Positions 58,797 to 64,000 of a stretch of 64,000 bases of DNA are shown one piece after another. How positions within the stretch are numbered: position 1 is the stretch's first letter; the number at the start of each line of letters is the position of its first letter. The translations under genes were made by a program, and so were the position numbers. The notes beneath the pieces are model-generated. The model ran no database searches and had not been told where the DNA came from. It saw only the letters and a program-made list of their open reading frames with translations. This DNA comes from an uncultured Rhabdochlamydiaceae bacterium (GTDB taxonomy: Bacteria; Chlamydiota; Chlamydiia; Chlamydiales; Rhabdochlamydiaceae), in assembly GCA_963712275.1 (NCBI GenBank), contig CAVQHD010000001.1, positions 288,001 through 352,000 of the forward strand, written 5' to 3'.

Positions 58797-60152
58797 ATGT
58801 GGAAGCTACTCATTTTATTTTTGTCATGTGGTCTATTGCTCCATAGCGAGCCGCTGACGCCTATCAAGAAAAAAACTCCAGTTGTTGTTCTAGGAGGTGG
58901 TATAGCAGGGATGACCGCCGCTCTGCAGCTGTCGCAGGCAGGCATGATGCCCCTTGTCATTGTGGGCCCCTCTCCGGGGGGCGTCATCACCGTCTCGCAT
59001 GAAGTGGAAAATTGGCCAGGAGATATTCTCATTAGGGGGGCTGATCTTGCTGATCGCTTTGAACAGCAACTCAAAAACCGGGAGGTTGAGCTTTTATCTG
59101 CCGTGGCAACGGATGTTGATTTTTCCCACCGTCCCTTTTTAATTAAAGCCAAAAATCCTCTTGTTCCTACCGAATCGTATGAAATTGAGGCGCCCTGTTG
59201 CATCATTGCTTTAGGGGCAACGCCTAAATTACTCCAGGTTCCTGGAGAATCGGCCCTTTTATATAAAAAAATCTTTACTTGTGCTCCTTGCGATGGCTTT
59301 CGGTTTAAAGATCAAACCGTTGCCGTGATCGGAGGCGGCGAAGCAGCTCTAGTGGAGGCTCATTACCTTGCAACTCTAGCCAAGCAAGTTTATGTCATCG
59401 TGCGAGGAGATCAGTTCAAAACCATTCAACCTTCTCTTAAAGAAAAGCTTTTCTCAAAATCCAATGTTAAAATTCTTTACCAGACAACTGTCCAGCAATT
59501 CGAAGAGACCTCGGCCGGCATTAAACTCTACCTTAACCCTCAAGAAACCCTTCTTGTGCAAGCGGCCTTTCTGGCCATTGGATCTCATCCTAACACACAA
59601 ATTCTCAAACAATCTCTTAAACTTGATCCGCAGGGATATGTGATTCTCGAAAGGGGGCAAATGACCTCGATTCCAGGCGTTTTTGCAGCAGGAGATGTTT
59701 CAGATCGGGTTTATAAACAGGCCAGCACTGCGGCAGGAGACGCCACAAAAGCTGCGCTGGACGCTATCTCCTTTCTTTCCAATGCCCCTCCACTACCGGT
59801 AGCAGCATCTACTTCACCTCCTTCTGAGCCAACTGAAATTTTAAGCCTGGCAAACCTCCGCTCTATTCTTCAGACAGCTCATAAACCAGCAATCCTCTAC
59901 TTCTATTCTCCCTCCTGCTCTCCCTGCCGCTCATTTCGGCCACTTTATCAGAAATGGGCTCAAGACTTTGGCTCTGTTGCCTCGTTTCTAAAAATCAATG
60001 GAGAAACATCTTCCGCCTGTTTCAAAGCCTATAATGTACAAGCCATCCCAACCATCTTGGTTTTGGATCCAGATGGACATATTGCTTACCGTGCAACCGG
60101 CATTTCCCACATGTCAGAAGTTTTAGTATATTTGGAAAAATTGAAAAATTAG
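58797..60152 (+). CDS. trxB: Thioredoxin reductase fused to a C-terminal thioredoxin, with N-terminal signal-like peptide
   Basis: GGGIAG, CAPCDG, GGGEAA, GVFAAGDV; C-terminal CSPC...IPT thioredoxin domain. Confidence 0.85.
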   Translation: MWKLLILFLSCGLLLHSEPLTPIKKKTPVVVLGGGIAGMTAALQLSQAGMMPLVIVGPSPGGVITVSHEVENWPGDILIRGADLADRFEQQLKNREVELLSAVATDVDFSHRPFLIKAKNPLVPTESYEIEAPCCIIALGATPKLLQVPGESALLYKKIFTCAPCDGFRFKDQTVAVIGGGEAALVEAHYLATLAKQVYVIVRGDQFKTIQPSLKEKLFSKSNVKILYQTTVQQFEETSAGIKLYLNPQETLLVQAAFLAIGSHPNTQILKQSLKLDPQGYVILERGQMTSIPGVFAAGDVSDRVYKQASTAAGDATKAALDAISFLSNAPPLPVAASTSPPSEPTEILSLANLRSILQTAHKPAILYFYSPSCSPCRSFRPLYQKWAQDFGSVASFLKINGETSSACFKAYNVQAIPTILVLDPDGHIAYRATGISHMSEVLVYLEKLKN

Positions 60153-60157
60153 AGAGT

Positions 60158-60324
60158 TATACTGCGCCCACCCCAAAAGTGTGAATTTCGGCTAGCGCGA
60201 AAGCTCCCTAGGATCGACGATCGCAAATTGGTTAGTATTAATCCAATACTAACCAATTTGCGATCGTCGATCCTAGGGGCTTTGGCGCAGCCCAAATTCA
60301 CACTTTTGGGGTGGGCGCAGTATA
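60158..60324. repeat. 167-bp palindromic element, family B-related
   Basis: TATACTGCGCCCACCCC...GGGGTGGGCGCAGTATA; contains GGGGCTTTGGCGC. Confidence 0.95.
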
Positions 60325-60376
60325 GTTGCAAAAGCGCGGATTTGGCCTCAAATTGGAGTTTTGCAACTGGCTCTAG
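60325..60376. repeat. Family C element with disrupted left arm
   Basis: GTTGCAAAA...GAGTTTTGCAACTGGCTCTAG; supplies the msrBA stop codon. Confidence 0.85.
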
Positions 60377-61251
60377 AACCTTGCTTCTTTCCGATGGCAA
60401 TAAGGTATTTCCCCATTTTTGCCATAATAGTCCTGATGATAGGCCTCTGCTGGGTAGAAAAGAGAAGCCGGTTCAACCTCGGTTGTCACTTTGAGCCCTC
60501 GCCGTTTTAAAAGGTCTATCAGTTCAAGGGCAACAGTTTTTTGTTCCTTGGTCAGATAAAAAATCTTCGATTGATATTGAGGCCCGCGGTCAGGACCTTG
60601 CCTTTCTTGCTGCGTAGGGTCGTGGATTTCAAAAAACTCTTTTGCAACTGTTGAATAGCTCGTCTTCCTAGGATCAAAAATCACTTCAATTGCTTCAACA
60701 TGTCCTGTGCTGCCTGTGCACACTTCCTCATAGGTCGGATCGACAACGGCCCCTCCAATGTATCCTACCGCTACGCGAATCACTCCGGGAATTTTCTTCA
60801 TGTAATACTCAACACCCCAAAAACATCCCCCTGCAAAAATCGCACGCTCATACCCTTCTTCTGTATAAGCAGCCGCAAATGTCAGAGAAAGAGAGTTGAC
60901 ACAATGTCTTGTATTCTTAAGCGTGATTCTCTCTCCCAAGAACAGATGACCCAGATGAGCTCCGCACCGATGACACCGAATTTCTGTTCTTTCTCCATCA
61001 GGATCGGGCCTTCGATCAATCGCTCCTGCAATTTCATCATCAAAACTTGGCCAACCGCATCTAGAGGCAAACTGGTCCGATGTTAGATAGAGAGGCGCAT
61101 CGCACCGCTTACAGACATAAACACCCAGCGATTGCTGATTGTTGTACTCTCCGCTGCCTGGATATTCCGTCCCGCAGTGGACAATAATTTCCTCTTCTTC
61201 TTGTGAAAGCTTATGGTACCGCTTCATGCCCATTCCCTGCTTTGTCTTCAC
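60373..61251 (-). CDS. msrAB: Bifunctional methionine sulfoxide reductase MsrB-MsrA
   Basis: CGWPSF, GHLF, RHCVNS (MsrB); [14 protein letters not shown] (MsrA). Confidence 0.95.
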   Translation of the reverse strand: MKTKQGMGMKRYHKLSQEEEEIIVHCGTEYPGSGEYNNQQSLGVYVCKRCDAPLYLTSDQFASRCGWPSFDDEIAGAIDRRPDPDGERTEIRCHRCGAHLGHLFLGERITLKNTRHCVNSLSLTFAAAYTEEGYERAIFAGGCFWGVEYYMKKIPGVIRVAVGYIGGAVVDPTYEEVCTGSTGHVEAIEVIFDPRKTSYSTVAKEFFEIHDPTQQERQGPDRGPQYQSKIFYLTKEQKTVALELIDLLKRRGLKVTTEVEPASLFYPAEAYHQDYYGKNGEIPYCHRKEARF

Positions 61252-61400
61252 ATCATAACTGTTTTAACATCCACTGAGCAAAAATATATTTCCAATTCCA
61301 TCCAATTTTTTTATTGAGAAGAATTGATAAAACTTAACCTTTACTAGAAAGGGAGGGATGGATATAATTGTGATCCTAAAATTCCAAGAGATAAATACAC

Positions 61401-62288
61401 ATGGCCGTTAATTTTAGAACATCTGCTAATTCAGCAAGTTATGACCCACCTTTTCAGGGAAAAAATACCTTGGAAGGTAGTGAAATGACTCAGCGGCAGC
61501 GGATGAAACAGATAGCTGAACAAATTAAAGCCATAAAGGGACGTGTCTATTGCTTTATCGGAAAGACAGCCAACGAACCTCTCCCCACCACAGAAGGAGC
61601 CATTTGGATTTCAGCAGACATTGAATACATCAGCAAAGCATATGAAGAACCTGTACCCCCCGAACGAATTCACATTCAAGGTGATTTTAATGAACCTGAC
61701 ACTGAAAAAAGCGGCCTTATCGAGATAAACCATCTACTCGATACAGTTGTCGTTGACAAAACCACCTGCCATTTTTTTACGAAAGGAGATTTTATCTCCC
61801 GTTTTGCAAAACTCTTAAAACCCTCTTCAGATAGCACACTAATTTTTGAAGTGTCCCCTTATCTCTGCCAAAGAGATCCTGCGATCTCATCACCAGAGAA
61901 TCACTATGGAGTTCTTTGTCTTCCCCCAAAAGATTTAAAAGATAAAATTGATTATTATCAGCTATACAGAGAGAAAACCGGCCCAGAACAAGTTGAGCAA
62001 GAATTTTTACAATATGTCCAACAAAGGACCTCTGACCCAAACCTTCGAAGTCGAGAAAAATATCAGAAGGATCCAGAACTTCTAAGGGATAATTTTAAGG
62101 CATATGTTGTAACAATAAAAATGAAAATTGTCTCTTATGAATCACAGATGTTTGAATGGGCGCGGAATGATACGCAACGGCATTTAGAAGAATTATTCAA
62201 AGATGTTAAGCGTTTGAATGATATACAGTATCCTTACCTGACGCGAGTATGTATAGCCGATGTTTTTGTGGCTAAGAAGCTATCTTAA
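61401..62288 (+). CDS. Hypothetical protein, possibly class I SAM-methyltransferase-like
   Basis: WISAD, HIQGDF, LDTVVVD, LLKPS..STLIFE pattern. Confidence 0.6.
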   Translation: MAVNFRTSANSASYDPPFQGKNTLEGSEMTQRQRMKQIAEQIKAIKGRVYCFIGKTANEPLPTTEGAIWISADIEYISKAYEEPVPPERIHIQGDFNEPDTEKSGLIEINHLLDTVVVDKTTCHFFTKGDFISRFAKLLKPSSDSTLIFEVSPYLCQRDPAISSPENHYGVLCLPPKDLKDKIDYYQLYREKTGPEQVEQEFLQYVQQRTSDPNLRSREKYQKDPELLRDNFKAYVVTIKMKIVSYESQMFEWARNDTQRHLEELFKDVKRLNDIQYPYLTRVCIADVFVAKKLS

Positions 62289-62314
62289 AATTCAGCTTCT
62301 AAAGGAATCCGATA

Positions 62315-63706
62315 GTGTCAAGAACAGTCAGTGTCTTTACTCTCGCCATGATCAATGTGGCTGCTGTCAGCAGTGTGCGGAATTGGCCTACAATTGCTGA
62401 ATACGGTTTTGCTTCTCTTTTTTTCTTTGCCCTTGCCGCTATTCTTTTTTTCATTCCTGTCTCAATGGTTTCCGCAGAACTGGCGACGGGATGGCCTAAA
62501 ACCGGCGGTGTGTTTGCATGGGTCAAAGAGGCGTTTGGGCATCGAACGGGATTTCTAGCTGTGTGGCTTTTGTGGGCTGAAAATGTGATTTATTACCCTG
62601 CCCTTTTATCTTTTATCTCGGGGACCATTGCTTATATCATAAATCCAACGCTTGCCTCTAATCCCTTCTACACATTAGCCCTTGTCATTGGTATTTTTTG
62701 GGCAACAACCTTTGCGAATCTCCTTGGGATGAAAGCCTCTGGATGGATCAGCACATTTGGAGTTATCGGAGGAACAATTATTCCAGGAGGGCTGATTATT
62801 TTACTTGGAATTCTCTGGATCTTCTCAGGAGCCCCAACTCAAATCTCCTTCACTTTCGACAGCTTTATCCCCGATATGAGCTCTCCTTCTCAGCTCGTTT
62901 TCTTCTCGGGAGTTTTGCTAGCTCTTGGAGGGTTAGAGATGTCGGCAGTCCATGCGCGTGAAGTGCAAAATCCTCAAAAAAATTATCCCAGAGCGATTTT
63001 ACTCTCTGCCCTTCTGATTTTTGGGCTCTATGTTTTGGGAGTGCTGGCCATTGCGGTCGTGATCCCTGAAAACCAAATCAGCCTCGTCGCAGGCTCACTT
63101 CAAGCCTTTTCTGTATTCGTAAGCGCGTATAACTTAAATTGGCTGACCCCGCTCATTGCGATTTTACTTTCTTTGGGAGCCTTTGGAACTTTAAGCACCT
63201 GGATCGCAGGCCCAAGCAAAGGACTTCTCGGAGCTGCTCAAAGTGGAGATCTCCCTCCTTTTTTTCGAAGACTTAATCGGCATGGAATGCCTGTTACTCT
63301 TTTAATTACCCAGGCTATTATCGTTACCTTGTTCTCTCTTGTCTTTCTCATCATGCCCACCGTAAGCTCTGCCTACTGGATCTTGAATGCCATGATCGCT
63401 CAGCTCTACCTTGTGATGTATGTTCTAATGTTCGCAGCAGCAATTAAGCTGCGCTATAAACGCCCTGAGGTTGAAAGAGCTTATAAAATTCCCGGCGGCA
63501 TTGTGGGGATGTGGTGCGTAGCTGGGCTTGGACTCATCGGTTCGATAGCCACTTTTTTCATCGGCTTTTTTCCCCCAGCGCAAATCCTCACAGGGAACAC
63601 GATCTTCTACGTCACATTCCTAGCCTTGAGTGTCATTTTAGCGTGCCTAGCCCCTTCGATCATTCTCCGGTTTAAAAAACCGGAGTGGACGCATTTAGAA
63701 AGATAA
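62315..63706 (+). CDS. APC-family amino-acid permease/antiporter (GadC/YjeM-like)
   Basis: AELATGWPKTGG, GLEMSA, NPQKNYPRA; about 12 TM segments. Confidence 0.9.
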   Translation: MSRTVSVFTLAMINVAAVSSVRNWPTIAEYGFASLFFFALAAILFFIPVSMVSAELATGWPKTGGVFAWVKEAFGHRTGFLAVWLLWAENVIYYPALLSFISGTIAYIINPTLASNPFYTLALVIGIFWATTFANLLGMKASGWISTFGVIGGTIIPGGLIILLGILWIFSGAPTQISFTFDSFIPDMSSPSQLVFFSGVLLALGGLEMSAVHAREVQNPQKNYPRAILLSALLIFGLYVLGVLAIAVVIPENQISLVAGSLQAFSVFVSAYNLNWLTPLIAILLSLGAFGTLSTWIAGPSKGLLGAAQSGDLPPFFRRLNRHGMPVTLLITQAIIVTLFSLVFLIMPTVSSAYWILNAMIAQLYLVMYVLMFAAAIKLRYKRPEVERAYKIPGGIVGMWCVAGLGLIGSIATFFIGFFPPAQILTGNTIFYVTFLALSVILACLAPSIILRFKKPEWTHLER

Positions 63707-63707
63707 C

Positions 63708-64000
63708 CTACTCCAGCTCCCAGCCGCCGCCGAGGGCTTTATAGAGAGAAACGAGATTGAGAAGAGAGGCTGTGTCGCTACTCAGAAGCTGCTGCTCAGA
63801 GTTGTTGAGCTGCCGCTCGGTATCAAGAAGGTTGAGGAGACTGACAAGCCCTGTTCGGTGCCGCGCCTTGCTTAAAAAAACGAGATTGTGATAGCTGCTA
63901 GTTGCTTCCTTTCTTTCCTTGACAGTAGCAAGGCTTTGAGAGTAAGCCATGATGGCGCTTTCGGTCTCTTCAAGGGCGCTTAAAACCGTTTGTTGATAGG
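63708..64000 (-). CDS. C-terminal part of a NodT/TolC-family efflux outer-membrane protein (5' part outside window)
   Basis: G...LLNLLDTERQL...VSLYKALGGGW. Confidence 0.88.
   Translation of the reverse strand, partial: YQQTVLSALEETESAIMAYSQSLATVKERKEATSSYHNLVFLSKARHRTGLVSLLNLLDTERQLNNSEQQLLSSDTASLLNLVSLYKALGGGWELE

Overview
Bacterial chromosomal window, most likely from an environmental member of the Chlamydiota (inferred from the gene order dapF-clpP-glyA, cdsZ-rnpB, xerC/ABC-F, rnz, lon/tsaB-rpsU-dnaJ, plus three MOMP-like porins). Accessory material is interspersed in this backbone: a HicAB toxin-antitoxin pair and an IS1595 relic next to a partial duplicate of a SNF2 helicase gene; several candidate host-directed effectors (a GTPase with a mitochondrial-presequence-like N-terminus, a YopT/C58-like protease, two paralogous membrane-anchored proteins, GNAT- and methyltransferase-like proteins); an intact ISAs1 that splits an amino-acid ABC binding protein preceded by a His-rich leader ORF; a 14.3-kb two-partner-secretion exoprotein with its TpsB; and a signal-peptide-bearing TrxR-Trx fusion next to msrBA. 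Non-coding structure is rich: several families of long palindromic elements sit at stop codons, one nests in another, and one appears inserted in frame into the TpsA signal peptide. An IS200/IS605 right end (TnpB omegaRNA-like scaffold) stands without tnpB behind its own promoter-like motif. All calls are by-eye motif recognition; no database searches were run.
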